Of a stretch of 64,000 nt of DNA, positions 1 through 11,500 are shown in pieces. Position numbers and translations under genes: made by a program. The stretch's first letter is position 1, and each line of letters opens with the position of its first letter. Origin of the DNA: a virus; IMG/VR virus record IMGVR_UViG_3300044591_002420, positions 1-64,000 of that record. One strand, 5' to 3'. The notes beneath the pieces are model-generated. The model did no database searches, had not been told where the DNA came from, and worked only from the letters and a program-made list of their open reading frames with translations.

Positions 1-2
1 AA

Positions 3-926
3 GATTTTAAGCAACTAAAGAAAGCATCTTCTCTCGGTACTCTAACTGAGAAACTGATTAAAGATGCACAATCAATGAATAGTTCACTGAAAGATGAACG
101 TATCTTCAGTGTAGAACGAGATAAATCTGGTCTAGGTTATGCCGTTGTGCGATTTATGCCAGCTCCTCTTAATGAAGAAGCGGCTTTCGTAAAACTGTAT
201 AATCACGGCTTCAAGGGTAACAGTCGCTGGTTTATTGAAAACTGTCCGACTACTCTTGGACAAGATTGCCATGTTTGTTTCGAAAATTCTTTACTCTATA
301 ACTCCGGTGTAGACGCCAATAAGAAAATCGCATCTAATCGTAAGCGTAAACTGAGCTATTATAGTAATGTTTACGTCGTTAAAAATCCTTCTAATCCTGC
401 ACTAGAAGGAACCATAATGCTCTATCGTTATGGTCAAAAAATTTATGATAAAGTGATGTCGGCACTAAAGCCAGAATTTGAAGACGAAACTCCCGTAGAT
501 CCTTTTGATCTTTGGAGTGGTGCAAACTTCAAAATCAAAGTGAAGACCGTAAAAGAATCTTCTGGTCAATCATATCCAAATTACGATGATAGTTCGTTTG
601 AATCTCCTGCACCACTTCTGGGCGGAGATGATGCAAAACTAGAAGCTGTTTGGAAACAATGTTATTCTCTATCAGATCTTATTTCTCCTGATAAATTCCG
701 TTCTTATGAAGATCTTAGAACTCGCTTTAATCGGGTAACTGGATCAACTTCGGAAGCTTCTGTTCAACGACAAGAGGCTGAACTGGAAGAGGTAGCTCAG
801 GCAGTGAATGATGATAACATTATGGAAGAACTTGAGGCTCATTATAAGCGCCAAACTTCTAGCTCTGAAGACTCACTTTTTGATGATCCACTCAAAGCCT
901 TTGAAGAACTGAACGATGACGATTGA
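3..926 (+). CDS. gp32: ssDNA-binding protein, T4 gp32 family (5' truncated by window edge)
   Basis: Motifs GYAVVRFMPA, WFIENCPTTLG, RKRKLSYYSNVYVV, PFDLWSGANFKIK, YPNYDDSSF and an acidic C-tail; frame is open back to base 3 (DFKQLKKASSLGTL). Confidence 0.95.
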   Translation, partial: DFKQLKKASSLGTLTEKLIKDAQSMNSSLKDERIFSVERDKSGLGYAVVRFMPAPLNEEAAFVKLYNHGFKGNSRWFIENCPTTLGQDCHVCFENSLLYNSGVDANKKIASNRKRKLSYYSNVYVVKNPSNPALEGTIMLYRYGQKIYDKVMSALKPEFEDETPVDPFDLWSGANFKIKVKTVKESSGQSYPNYDDSSFESPAPLLGGDDAKLEAVWKQCYSLSDLISPDKFRSYEDLRTRFNRVTGSTSEASVQRQEAELEEVAQAVNDDNIMEELEAHYKRQTSSSEDSLFDDPLKAFEELNDDD

Positions 927-1122
927 AACTGAAGTAGAAATTATTGAAGTTCAAAATGGACTGAATACTATTACTTTTCAGCCAACACTTGAAGTTGTAA
1001 CTAAATTCTCCATTCCATTGGGTCTTCGTGTTTCTAATAATGAAACTGAATTAACAACAAAAATTGGCGAACTCTTTATTGAAAAATTAAAAGCTAATCT
1101 TCCCATTAAAGATAAAGTCTAA
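916..1122 (+). CDS. hypothetical protein
   Basis: 68 aa ORF overlapping the gp32 stop. Confidence 0.5.
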   Translation: MTIETEVEIIEVQNGLNTITFQPTLEVVTKFSIPLGLRVSNNETELTTKIGELFIEKLKANLPIKDKV

Positions 1123-2104
1123 TATTATCTCCCTTCTTTAGGGTACGGCTCTCATATTGAGAGCTTTTTTTATACCTCATAATATTCTCAATGTCATCAA
1201 AAAGAATACTCAGATAAGCTGGCTTAATAATATAAATCTCTCTTTTCTTATCTTCCTTATTCATCTCGTATTCATAATTTGTCACTCCAGTAACGAAACT
1301 AGATTTCGGTGTGTGGACCGTATAACCTAAACCATCATCATAAAACTCGTAATAATAAGAATTAGCAGTAAAGGTGCTATTCTCGCTTAAGGTAAAATGA
1401 ACTTCCTCTACTCTAGGATCCGCTAAAATCGGTTCCGAATTTGACGGAACTTCATTCAGAATAAATTCAAATGACGTGACTAAATTATCGGTTTCTTCTA
1501 AAATATTACTAATAAAAAATTGACCATTATATTCTCTGTCTGATATATTGAATAGTGTTATTTGAGTTCCCACCTCTAATCCAACAATACCATTAACAAG
1601 TTCAATGGATCCGGTAGTTCCACTACTTGTTAAGGTATCAATCTTTGCATTAACAACTTCAATAAAATTACCATTGGTTTTCCATGTGGGTGATAATCTG
1701 ATACCACCTTTCAGCATTGTTATTCCTACAGAATTTTGAATCTCTTCGGTTTCATGGTGATGAATTCCAGAATAAAGATTATCATAAGAACCATATTTTT
1801 GCAGCATCACTTGATCAAAAACATTAGAAGGTAATGGCCATTCATCTTGAACATTCAGGATATTATTAGACAGAAAAACAACCCAATCTAATGTTGGATC
1901 ATCGTAGAATTTATGTGCTACTTGATCAGCACGTTCATCTCCTTCAATTGAATATTTCTCAAAATAAGCGAGATTATTGAAGATGTTAGATGTAATCTGT
2001 CCACGACGAAAGAAATTCTTGACTATGGTGTAATCAGAAATCTTTGAATCTGGAAGAAGACTGACGTAATTAAAGTCAGAAACGTAACTGAAGTAGTGTG
2101 CCAT
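1106..2104 (-). CDS. gp53: baseplate wedge subunit, gp53-like
   Basis: YF...VKNFFRRG, RADQVAHKFYDDPTLDWVVFLSNNI..WPL and VTNYEYE..KREIYI motifs. Confidence 0.88.
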   Translation of the reverse strand: MAHYFSYVSDFNYVSLLPDSKISDYTIVKNFFRRGQITSNIFNNLAYFEKYSIEGDERADQVAHKFYDDPTLDWVVFLSNNILNVQDEWPLPSNVFDQVMLQKYGSYDNLYSGIHHHETEEIQNSVGITMLKGGIRLSPTWKTNGNFIEVVNAKIDTLTSSGTTGSIELVNGIVGLEVGTQITLFNISDREYNGQFFISNILEETDNLVTSFEFILNEVPSNSEPILADPRVEEVHFTLSENSTFTANSYYYEFYDDGLGYTVHTPKSSFVTGVTNYEYEMNKEDKKREIYIIKPAYLSILFDDIENIMRYKKSSQYESRTLKKGDNIRLYL

Positions 2105-3099
2105 TAGTAACCAATCGGATGATCGTCTTCGTCATAATCACTCGCATAAACAGGAAGAATTTCTTGGAAAGTCATATTAACATTATAGGCAACCATCGTG
2201 CCGTCTTTATATGTCATGTAAGAATTATTGGGTGTATAATCAACCGTACAATTTTGCAATGCGCAGGTTTTTACCTTTCCGATGCCAATGTGTGTCTTAC
2301 TGCTACCCATCAAATACTTAATACCAAAGACGTAAGGTGATTTAATGAATAAGCTATTCTCTTGAACTCTTGGTGCCATTCCTTGCTTGAAGAATCTTAT
2401 GATTTTCTTGACTTCATCTGCTTCATCTTGATCTCTAGGTGATAATTTAAAGTTGAACGTAAATGGTCGCAATGTTGGAGTGTTAAAGAGTAATTCTAGA
2501 TTGGGATTAAGAATCTTACCTGTTGCTCTTGTGAATAATCCCTGCACACTAATAATCTGCTCAACTAATGCAAGTCTACCAAGATAACCAATAGATTTAT
2601 CTGTTAATAAACTCGTCATGGCACCTATTGACTTATCCATTTGGAGTCCTTCGCCACCCTTCATTGCATTATATGATAGATTGGCGATTCTTCTTTGTAT
2701 GTCGTTTAGCTGACCACCGTCTGACCATGTAACCGCATTGGTATCCTGGATTTTATCCTGAATCGGAAGAAATACTCTTTCTACGTTATTACCTCCCATT
2801 TTTAGAGCACTATTGACATAAAATTCCGATTCCTTCATTGCATTTTTTACTTGCGGAAAAGGAGTATCAATGTTCAAATTTTCTGCTGGGCCAACTCTAG
2901 GCGCTTCTAATTTATCGCTTTTTAGTTTATATTCTTTGATGCTAAATTCTATTCTATCTTGCCCTTCAACCACATCGTCATTCTTCATGTTAGTGGGATA
3001 CATCAGGTAGGACTTGTTTGACCCTTTACCTGATTTCTTTACATTTCTGTTTAACGAACCACCCAATGTCTCTAATCTGGCGGTTGAAATGATGGGCAT
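2104..3099 (-). CDS. gp48: baseplate tail tube cap, gp48-like
   Basis: ILNPNLELLFNTPTLRPFTFNFKLSPR, CALQNCTVDYTP, FQEILP motifs and synteny. Confidence 0.88.
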   Translation of the reverse strand: MPIISTARLETLGGSLNRNVKKSGKGSNKSYLMYPTNMKNDDVVEGQDRIEFSIKEYKLKSDKLEAPRVGPAENLNIDTPFPQVKNAMKESEFYVNSALKMGGNNVERVFLPIQDKIQDTNAVTWSDGGQLNDIQRRIANLSYNAMKGGEGLQMDKSIGAMTSLLTDKSIGYLGRLALVEQIISVQGLFTRATGKILNPNLELLFNTPTLRPFTFNFKLSPRDQDEADEVKKIIRFFKQGMAPRVQENSLFIKSPYVFGIKYLMGSSKTHIGIGKVKTCALQNCTVDYTPNNSYMTYKDGTMVAYNVNMTFQEILPVYASDYDEDDHPIGY

Positions 3100-3110
3100 T
3101 GTTTTTATTA

Positions 3111-3117
3111 TATTTAG
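3111..3117 (-). promoter_or_regulatory. T4-like late promoter CTAAATA
   Basis: TATTTAG on + strand, 12 nt upstream of the gp48 start. Confidence 0.6.
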
Positions 3118-3674
3118 AGCTTAATTGGATAGAATGTTTGTATTCTTAAAACATCTTCCAACTCCCACTCCTTTATTTCATAAAAACGAGATTGAAAACC
3201 ACTATAATTGTAATTTCTATACATGCTCTCAACGTACTGTGGTGCATACTTCCAATGTAGATTCACACCTAAAACCTTGAATGCGCTCTTATCTATAATA
3301 ATAGAAACGGGATAAAGATCAAAATATTTACCTCTTGTTTTTGCCCAATACTTAAAGGTGTAATATTTACCCAATTCCAGAGATTCTTCTTGTCTTCCTA
3401 GATTTTGTAATGTCTCCACTAGCTTATCCCAATAAAAATTAGGACTCTTTCCTGGTGGTAATGAATCCGCTAACTCTTTTATACTATAGAGCTGCTGCCT
3501 TTCACGAATTCTTCTTTCTTTATCGGTAGTTGATTGAACAATAGAAACTGGTTTCTTTTCTTCTTTCTCTAACGCTAATCTTTTCGCTCTACCAATAAGA
3601 CCACCAAATTGAATATTGGTTTCAATCCATTTAAGAATCCATTGAGTTGTGCGAGAGATTATATTCTTGAACAT
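3114..3674 (-). CDS. gp2: DNA end protector, gp2-like
   Basis: GKYYTFKYWAKT..FDLYP..GVNLHW; lies between gp4 and gp48. Confidence 0.6.
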   Translation of the reverse strand: MFKNIISRTTQWILKWIETNIQFGGLIGRAKRLALEKEEKKPVSIVQSTTDKERRIRERQQLYSIKELADSLPPGKSPNFYWDKLVETLQNLGRQEESLELGKYYTFKYWAKTRGKYFDLYPVSIIIDKSAFKVLGVNLHWKYAPQYVESMYRNYNYSGFQSRFYEIKEWELEDVLRIQTFYPIKL

Positions 3675-3679
3675 CAGCT

Positions 3680-4126
3680 TTACTTAATTCCTAAATCGCT
3701 TTCTGTTAGAATAATAAATTCCATTCCATTTCTATCACAAAACTCTTCAGCAAACTTCCATTTTGATGTATTTTTCTGATAGGTCTTACACTCATTGATA
3801 TAAGTTCTGGTTTTCTTTCTTCCTTCTTTTGGTGGTTGAGTTTGACGAAAGGGTTTTACTTCCGCAAGATATTTCTTAGTTTGACCATCTTTATTGACGA
3901 CTTCCATATAGACATCTGGAAAGTATCTGCGGGTTTTCATTGACGATTCATCCCAATACTTAATAGCAAATGGTTCACTAGACCATTTTAGTACACTACT
4001 TGTATTATCGCAGAATTGAAACAGATGTCTTTCCCAAGAAGAACGAAAGACAATTTCATTAAGATCTCCAATATACTTATCTGGATTTATTGGATGATAA
4101 AAGTTCTGTACCCAATTAGTAGCCAC
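3680..4126 (-). CDS. gp4: head completion nuclease, gp4-like (TnsA-type PD-(D/E)XK)
   Basis: NPDKYIGD..IVFRSSWE, WSSE, RRYFPD, EVKP, NTSKW..A, ILTE. Confidence 0.92.
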   Translation of the reverse strand: MATNWVQNFYHPINPDKYIGDLNEIVFRSSWERHLFQFCDNTSSVLKWSSEPFAIKYWDESSMKTRRYFPDVYMEVVNKDGQTKKYLAEVKPFRQTQPPKEGRKKTRTYINECKTYQKNTSKWKFAEEFCDRNGMEFIILTESDLGIK

Positions 4127-4157
4127 TAAATATACTTTAGACTCTTTTTATATTTAG
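4126..4157. promoter_or_regulatory. divergent pair of late promoters (CTAAATA at 4126 on +, at 4151-4157 on -)
   Basis: Late promoter boxes on both strands between the divergent gp4 and gp54 genes. Confidence 0.6.
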
Positions 4158-4164
4158 CGGAACG

Positions 4165-4875
4165 TTGTATAAACCCAAACCACCAACAATAACACAATTA
4201 AAAAGTAAGATTCTTCGTCCGGCAACGACATCTAATTTTCAATGTTGGTTTCCGCCACCAGCACAAGTTAGAAACTGGATCTCCGATAAGAATAAAGCGG
4301 GTATTGATATTAATTTCAACGATGAAACTTTTGAACTCATTAGTCTTAATTGTACTGAAGCTAGTCTTCCGGGTTCAACATTTGCAACTAATGAGATCAC
4401 AGATGATTATACTGGTGTAACAGAAAGACATGCCTATCGTAGACAATATGACGATAGAAGCGACTTTACTTTTCAGGTGGATAATTCCGTTGATAATGCA
4501 CAGAATAGCCCGAATTATAGAGTTTTATTGTTCTTTGAATTATGGATGGAATATATTGCAGATGAACAAAAATCTTTAGGTCTTGAGGATCCGAATTATT
4601 TTTATAGAGTAAATTTCCCCTCTTCTTATCAGGCACCATATATTATCTTAAACAAGTTTGAAAAAGATTATAGAGGAAATTACTTACAATATAAGTTTTT
4701 ACAAGCCTTTCCGATTGCGATAAACAGCATTCCAGTTTCTTACGATTCAACTCAATTATTGCAATGTACTGTGTCTTTTGCCTATACTCGCTATGTTATC
4801 AATACACTACCTCTTTCGGGATTACCGATTCCAAATAATCCGGCTCCACAAAATTCTTCCATTCCAACCTCATAA
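4165..4875 (+). CDS. gp54: baseplate tail tube initiator, gp54-like
   Basis: CTEASLPG, HAYRRQYD, FFELWMEYI, AFPIAI, CTVSFAY tail-tube fold motifs. Confidence 0.75.
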   Translation: MYKPKPPTITQLKSKILRPATTSNFQCWFPPPAQVRNWISDKNKAGIDINFNDETFELISLNCTEASLPGSTFATNEITDDYTGVTERHAYRRQYDDRSDFTFQVDNSVDNAQNSPNYRVLLFFELWMEYIADEQKSLGLEDPNYFYRVNFPSSYQAPYIILNKFEKDYRGNYLQYKFLQAFPIAINSIPVSYDSTQLLQCTVSFAYTRYVINTLPLSGLPIPNNPAPQNSSIPTS

Positions 4876-4904
4876 ATAAAAGCAAAACATATTATTTTTG
4901 ATTC

Positions 4905-5672
4905 ATGTCTGTTCTACCTCGTCCAGTTTATCCTACCTATGAGATTGTTATTCCATCTCTTAAAAAGAAAGTAAAGTTTCGTCCTTATAGAGCAGTAGAA
5001 GAAAAAGTTCTTGCAATCGCAATGGAGAGTGAAAACATCTCTGAGATTACTACTGCGATTAAGATGATTCTTGAAAATTGTATTCAAGCTAAAGATGTTG
5101 ATGTAGAAAGACTTGCAACTTTTGACATTGAATATCTTTTTCTTAATATTCGGGCAAAGGCATCCGGAGAGGTTATTGAACTTCAGGTTCTTTATCCTGG
5201 TGAAGAAGATCTTTATGTTCCTGTTAAGGTCAATATTGATGAGATTAAGATACAGGAAACAAAAGGACACACCAATATTATTAAACTTGATGATGATATG
5301 ACGATGATTATGAAGTATCCAACCTTTGACTTCTTCATCAAAGAGCAATTTGAGATGCCAGAAGATGCGGATACCGAAGATAAAATGAAGAAAGGTTATG
5401 ATCTTATTGCTTCTTGTGTTGATAAGATCTGTAAAGGCGAAGATGTATGGTTAGCGGAAGATGTAGGAAGAGAAGAAGTTATTTCTTTTCTAGATGATCT
5501 TCTCACGAAACAGTTTGAAAAAGTTGAGGAGTTTCTTAATACAATGCCGCAACTAAAACATACAATTAAGATTCAACATCCAACTCGTACTGTTATTGAT
5601 CCAAAAACCAAAAAAGAAGTTCCAGAAGAAGCAGAAATTACGCTGAATGGGTTAGTTGATTTTTTTATCTAG
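4905..5672 (+). CDS. gp26: baseplate hub subunit, gp26-like
   Basis: LP..PTYE..PS..KVKFRPY..EEKVL, LATFDIEYLFLNIRAKASGE, GLVDFF; ATAAATA at 4872. Confidence 0.92.
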   Translation: MSVLPRPVYPTYEIVIPSLKKKVKFRPYRAVEEKVLAIAMESENISEITTAIKMILENCIQAKDVDVERLATFDIEYLFLNIRAKASGEVIELQVLYPGEEDLYVPVKVNIDEIKIQETKGHTNIIKLDDDMTMIMKYPTFDFFIKEQFEMPEDADTEDKMKKGYDLIASCVDKICKGEDVWLAEDVGREEVISFLDDLLTKQFEKVEEFLNTMPQLKHTIKIQHPTRTVIDPKTKKEVPEEAEITLNGLVDFFI

Positions 5673-5674
5673 GA

Positions 5675-5863
5675 ATGTCGCACACCAATCTTGAGGTGTA
5701 TTATCGGCGAATGTTTGCATTAGTTCAATATCATAAATGGAATCCCGAATGGCTAGATAATATACTACCATGGGAATTTGATGCATATGTTGAAATGTTA
5801 AAAATGCATCTAGAAGAAGAAAAAGTCAAACAGCAACAACAACAAAGTCAAAATAGGGCCTAA
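5675..5863 (+). CDS. gp51: baseplate hub assembly catalyst, gp51-like
   Basis: YY..FALVQYHKW..LDNILPWEFDAYV; follows gp26. Confidence 0.85.
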   Translation: MSHTNLEVYYRRMFALVQYHKWNPEWLDNILPWEFDAYVEMLKMHLEEEKVKQQQQQSQNRA

Positions 5864-5889
5864 ATATTCTGTAGTATCCATAAGCCATA

Positions 5890-8583
5890 ATGCCGGCAAC
5901 AAGAGTACGCCGCCCTAAAATAGAGGATCTTAAATTAACACCAGTTCAGTTAGCGAAAGCGCAAGATTTCGTAGAAGATCTTGGAATTGGTGCTAAGGAT
6001 CCTCTATATTATTATGCGATCTTATGGTGTAAAAATCACGAAAAGTCAAACGGTGATTTTCTAACAGATAATCAAAGAAAAAAGTTTGATTCCGACGTAA
6101 GCAAAAAGAGACGAAGTGCTCTCACGCTTAAGATTTTAGGTGAGATTAGCTTATTACAAGAATCGGATAAAGATGATAAAGATCGGTTGCAAAATAATAC
6201 TCCTGCAGCTAATCAACAAATAAGAGCTAACACAACTCGTTTAAGACGACAGAAAACAAAACCGATAAATCTGGCACCTACATTAAAAATCACTATTGAT
6301 AAGAGTGAAGTAGAAAAAGGTGAAAGTTATACCGTAAGCTGGAAGTCTGAAAATGCAATAACCGTTTCTAGATCTGTTGGATTTTTTCCAAAGATTCCAG
6401 ACGTTGAACTGAGTGGATCTAGAAGTTTTGTTGCAGATAGAATTGGTAGTAAGACTTTTGCTATCACAGTAAGATCATCATCCGGTAGAGGAGTATTATC
6501 CACAGCAAAAATTCAAATTGTTGAGACAAAAACATTACCTGATCAACAAGCGGCTCCAGCATCATCGCAACCAAGAATAAAAACCGCAAGATTAACATCT
6601 TCTCAAGGGCCAACACAAGTTTTTGTTGATATTAATGATTCACTCACAAATATTATTAAGATTCTTGATGCTCAGAATAAGTTTCTTCTAAAAATACGTA
6701 AGAAAAAGACCCAAGAAGATGAGAATGAGAATCGCAAAAAAAGAGAATCTCTGTTAGAAAAATCTAAAGGATTCAGAAAACAGGTAATGGAAAAAGCCAT
6801 GGCTCCTGTTAAGAATCTTCTTGAGAGAATATGGAAATTCATATATCTTACTTTTCTAGGAAGAGTTTTTACTGAATTTATAAAATGGGCAAGTGATCCA
6901 AGTAATGCAGGAAAAATAAAATCTATTAGTAGATTCTTTAAAGACTTTTGGATTTGGATTGCTGGTGCCGCGACAATATTCTTTACTCCTTTGTTCGGAC
7001 TCATTAAAGGAACACTGGGCACACTCAATTTTTTCAGTAAAGTATTATTAAAAGTCCCCATAAGAAATTTATTATTTAATCCTACGGTTTTAGCTATAGC
7101 TGGAATAACGGGATTGGCAGTTGCGGCGAATGAAGTAACAGGACAACGAAAAGCAGCAAAGCTTCAGACAGAAAGAGCTGCCAAAGTTCAAGCCGGAAAG
7201 GCAATTGATGTTCCTGGTATTGATATTATTAACGAAAAGTATAAAACTCCTGGAATCGGCGGAAGAACTGAAAGAGGTTTCCTAAAAGGCGCATCTACTG
7301 GTGGAATCGTAACACCTAGCACCGGAATAACAGTAAAGGGAGCTGGTGTTGATACTCAATTAGTTCCAATTCAAGATGGTGGTTCTGTTGTCTTACAAAA
7401 AGGAGAAGCGATTCTTCAAAAAGGTGCAAGGGAACGAATGATCTCTTCAACCGGAATTGATCCTCTTATGTTCAATATTGGTGCTAATGCTAATAGACCA
7501 AGAACAATCGGATCTAAGTTGACCGCAATGAGCACAGGTGGAATTGTTGGAGGTAAATTAGATCTCATAAAACCACAAGCTAGATCTATTCTTGACAGAC
7601 TTATTAAAGGTGGTTTAACACCAACAGCCGCCGCTGGTGTTGTTTCTAATATTGGAGTTGAAAGTGCTTACACTTATGATCCAAATACTCATCAACATAG
7701 AGGTGGTCCTGGTAGAGGATTAGTTCAATGGGAAAAGGGCGGAAGATTTGATACTGATCCAATGAATCTTACATCTTTTGCTAAAAGTAGAGGAAAACCA
7801 TGGAACGATCTTAATACTCAAGTTGATTTCATTCTACATGAACTAAACAATCATCCAGAATATAGTTTGGTAAAAGATAAAATCAATAAGGCTAAAAATA
7901 TAGGAGAAGCAACTAGAATCTTTTTAAATGATTACGAGAAAGCTGGTACTCCTCATATTGAAAATAGATTAGCTGTTGGTAATCAATTGATGAAAAGTGG
8001 TTGGTTAAATCCACCAAAACAAAAAACAAAATCTCAGTTTCCCGATATACTGAGAATGCTCACAGGTCAGCCTAGAGCGGTTTCGGCTGCGGAATCATCC
8101 AAACCGAGCCGAACATCAACCAAGCCAAAACCGATGCCGAAACCTCAATCCCCGCAACGGTCTTGGTGGGATCCTAGACGCCTTATGGGGCTGAAAAAGG
8201 GTGGTCTGATAAGAGCGAGCCATCCGTCAGTTGGAAGTAATCCAGATGATAAACATTTAGCACTTTTGAAAGCAGGTGAGTATGTTATTCCTAGACTTAC
8301 TGTTCAACGAGTCGGATTAAATTTCTTTGATAATCTTGTTGCAAAAACCGACGAGAATTCAAATGCCGCTAGAATGTTACCAATTCCAAAAGATGATAGT
8401 ATTCTTCCGCCATCACCAAGAATGAGTAATATGGGAGGATTTATATCACTTCCACCAATTGCAAATAACATGATGGATGATAAAACAAATTCTCCTGTGA
8501 CAAGTGTTCCGAGTTTTGGTGTTATTGCGCCGATGGGAACTGGTGTTCGTCAGATGCTCGCTGAAATTTACGGTATCGGTTAA
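5890..8583 (+). CDS. large tail protein with phage tail lysozyme domain
   Basis: AAAGVVSNIGVES..GRGLVQW..QVDFILHEL..FLNDYEKAG; hydrophobic tape-measure-like segment; CTAAATA at 5860. Confidence 0.75.
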   Translation: MPATRVRRPKIEDLKLTPVQLAKAQDFVEDLGIGAKDPLYYYAILWCKNHEKSNGDFLTDNQRKKFDSDVSKKRRSALTLKILGEISLLQESDKDDKDRLQNNTPAANQQIRANTTRLRRQKTKPINLAPTLKITIDKSEVEKGESYTVSWKSENAITVSRSVGFFPKIPDVELSGSRSFVADRIGSKTFAITVRSSSGRGVLSTAKIQIVETKTLPDQQAAPASSQPRIKTARLTSSQGPTQVFVDINDSLTNIIKILDAQNKFLLKIRKKKTQEDENENRKKRESLLEKSKGFRKQVMEKAMAPVKNLLERIWKFIYLTFLGRVFTEFIKWASDPSNAGKIKSISRFFKDFWIWIAGAATIFFTPLFGLIKGTLGTLNFFSKVLLKVPIRNLLFNPTVLAIAGITGLAVAANEVTGQRKAAKLQTERAAKVQAGKAIDVPGIDIINEKYKTPGIGGRTERGFLKGASTGGIVTPSTGITVKGAGVDTQLVPIQDGGSVVLQKGEAILQKGARERMISSTGIDPLMFNIGANANRPRTIGSKLTAMSTGGIVGGKLDLIKPQARSILDRLIKGGLTPTAAAGVVSNIGVESAYTYDPNTHQHRGGPGRGLVQWEKGGRFDTDPMNLTSFAKSRGKPWNDLNTQVDFILHELNNHPEYSLVKDKINKAKNIGEATRIFLNDYEKAGTPHIENRLAVGNQLMKSGWLNPPKQKTKSQFPDILRMLTGQPRAVSAAESSKPSRTSTKPKPMPKPQSPQRSWWDPRRLMGLKKGGLIRASHPSVGSNPDDKHLALLKAGEYVIPRLTVQRVGLNFFDNLVAKTDENSNAARMLPIPKDDSILPPSPRMSNMGGFISLPPIANNMMDDKTNSPVTSVPSFGVIAPMGTGVRQMLAEIYGIG

Positions 8584-11500
8584 TGAATTCACAATCAAAA
8601 AATCGCCCATTAACTGATAAGGCACTTGTTCTTAAGATTCGTAAAAAAGTCTTAACGATGGAGAAGGTACTAAAAAATAGTATCGGGGCGCAACTTCTTA
8701 ATCAAAAGAATGATGATAAACAAAAGAAGAAAAATAAAAAAATATCAGACGATAAAGATAAGAAAAAAAGAAAGCAATCGCTATTAGAAAAGGTAAGAAA
8801 TAAAGCTGCGGTTAAGACCGGAATTTTTGATGGTTTAACAAACTTTTTTGTTAATAGTCTTTTAGGTTTTGTTTTTACTAAGATCATACCATTTCTTCCA
8901 AGATTAACTGGAATTCTTGGAGCATTGAAACCTGCTGGTGATTTTCTTGCACTTATTGCCAGACTTTTCATGGGTGCGATTGGAGGATTTATTGAGACTG
9001 GTTATAAGGTTCATGATCAATTAAAGGGTAAACACGATACAATCAAAAAGATTCCAATTAAACAAGAATTTAACTCTTTTCAGCAAGCATTAACTAATAC
9101 TCTTAGTGATGTTACTGATGTTGTTTATAAAATTGCGGGTCAAGATACACCTAAAACTACAACATCAAAAACACAACAGAAACCGATAAAAGGTGCTGCA
9201 ACTGGTGGAACAATAGGACCAACCAGAGGAAACATTCCAGTTTATAAATCTCCAACACGAGAGTTAAAATCAACAAGACAAACAAGAGTTCCAAGAAAGC
9301 AAAGTATTCCTGAAACAAATATTGGTAAAGATGTTGGTGGTGAAGCAAAAGTTCGGGAGTTTTATAGAAGTCCCAAAATCGGACTTGGTGGTATTCTTGG
9401 TATCTTTAGACCAAAAGGAACACCTTCAAGAAAAACACCAGTTGATAGCATCTCCAATATCTCCAAGTCCTTAAGAAGAAGAAATCAACTATTTGGTGAT
9501 ATTGCAAGTGTTGGTTCTGATCTCGCTTTAGGACAAAAACCAAGTAAGACTGTTTATAAAAACACTGCTAAAGATGTTATTGAATTAGCGAGATTTATCG
9601 CAGAACGACAGGAACAAAAACAAAAAGATTCAATTTTTGCAATGGCTTATGGTGGTGTTATTCCTTCTAGAGCATCAGAAGTTGCATCTAGAAATAATCT
9701 GGTTGAAATGGTTTCTGTTATTATTGAAAGATCTGTTGAAGAAAGAGTTAATAAGGCAATTGGAGATTTCAGACAACCCATTGGTCGTGATGAAATGCTT
9801 GAAAAGAATAGGCAAAAAGGTGGAGGCGCATCTGGACCGGGTGGTACTAGTTCTGGTGGATATAATGATTCTGGAATTTCTTATGGTGGGATGGGTAATG
9901 TTGAATCAATCAAGATTACAAATTTTAATTCTGATGATATTGATGCCTTAGGAAGAATGATTGCGGCTGAGGCTGGAAGTGAGAGTGATGTCGGTAAGGC
10001 AGGTGTTTTAGCTGTTATTTTAAATCGCTATAGGCTTATTAAATCTGGAAAAGCTAGGCCAGAGTCCTTCGGTATTAGAGGTAAAAATAAGGATAATATT
10101 ACTGTAAGAGATATTCTTTTTGCTGGTAGTCAATTTTCACCTATTAGAGATGGAAGATTTAGTCAGATGTCTTCTTCATCGGGTAGAGACGCCTTAGCTG
10201 CCGCCATTAGAGGTGGAGGTAATGATCCTGAAAAATTTAGAAGACTATTAATTGATAAAGGTCTATCAACTCAAGACGCGGATTATGTTGCAAGATCAAT
10301 TTCTTTTTCTAACCCAAAAGCAAGAAGTTCTAGACCGTTTAACACCAAAGAAGTTATTATTGGTAATCATGTATTTCAGCAATCATCAGATATAAAATTA
10401 ACAGGTAATATAGGAAAATTTGATGCAGAAATAAGAGAAATAGAACAAATGACGGCTCTTATGAATGCACACGAAAAAGCGAAATATCTAATTGTTATGT
10501 CTGGTAGAAAAGGTTATAGGCAAGTGAAACCCGGTGAGTCAGTTCCAACCGATTATTTGCATCATGGATCTGAAGATATAAGAAATGGATTAATTGTTAG
10601 GGATTATGGTATAACACCACAAATTAGTGGTGGATCGCAAATGTTAGAGGGTGAAGGTGCGCCATTAGTTGTTCCTCTGGGAATGAAAGCGAAAGCTATA
10701 AGAGAGGGTCCTAATGCTTTAAGATTTGAAGATCCTCAGACCGGAGGAGTTATAGCGAGATATCATCACGTAGAAAATATTCCGGGAAGTATCAACGGAA
10801 AAATTTTAACTGGTGGAACATTTATTGGTACTCAAGGCGGCCGCCCTGGAGCCGCTTCAGCATATGGAAGTAGCACAGCAGTTCATACTCATCTTGAAGG
10901 ATCTTTAGAATGGCATAAAGCTTTTATTAGAACATATGCTGGAGGATTAGATGTAACAAAGACAAATTTACAACAAAAATTAAATACCCAACTTGCTCCA
11001 GCAAAAGGTGATTATGATATTCTAATACCACTGGATCATGTTCCTCCTCATTTATTGTATAGTGTTCCAGATAAAAGAGGTGGTAATACATTTAAAAATG
11101 CGAGCCAACTGGGTGCTGATGGAAGAGAGAGACAATACACCGATGATATCGCAGCATACGTTAGCCAAAGATTGGGAAAAGAAGGGTATCGTGTTAAAAT
11201 CGTAAGACCTGAAGAATTCGGTAATTATGAAGATTATGATGCCTTTATTGAAAAGCATTCAAAATCAGGTGCAACCGTTTTACCTTTTCATTTAGACGCC
11301 GATCCCAAAAGAGGGGGAACTGGATTTCTAGCTAGAATAAGAAAGAACGATGCGTTAGACAGAAAATTAGCTGAATCATTAGCGCCTGTTTTAGAAAAAT
11401 ATACTGGAATCTTTAAGGGGGGTCACAGATACGGTGGTATTGACACTGTGTTAAATGCTACTATTAATCGTGCTTCTGCTGGTCCAGCGGCATTATTAGA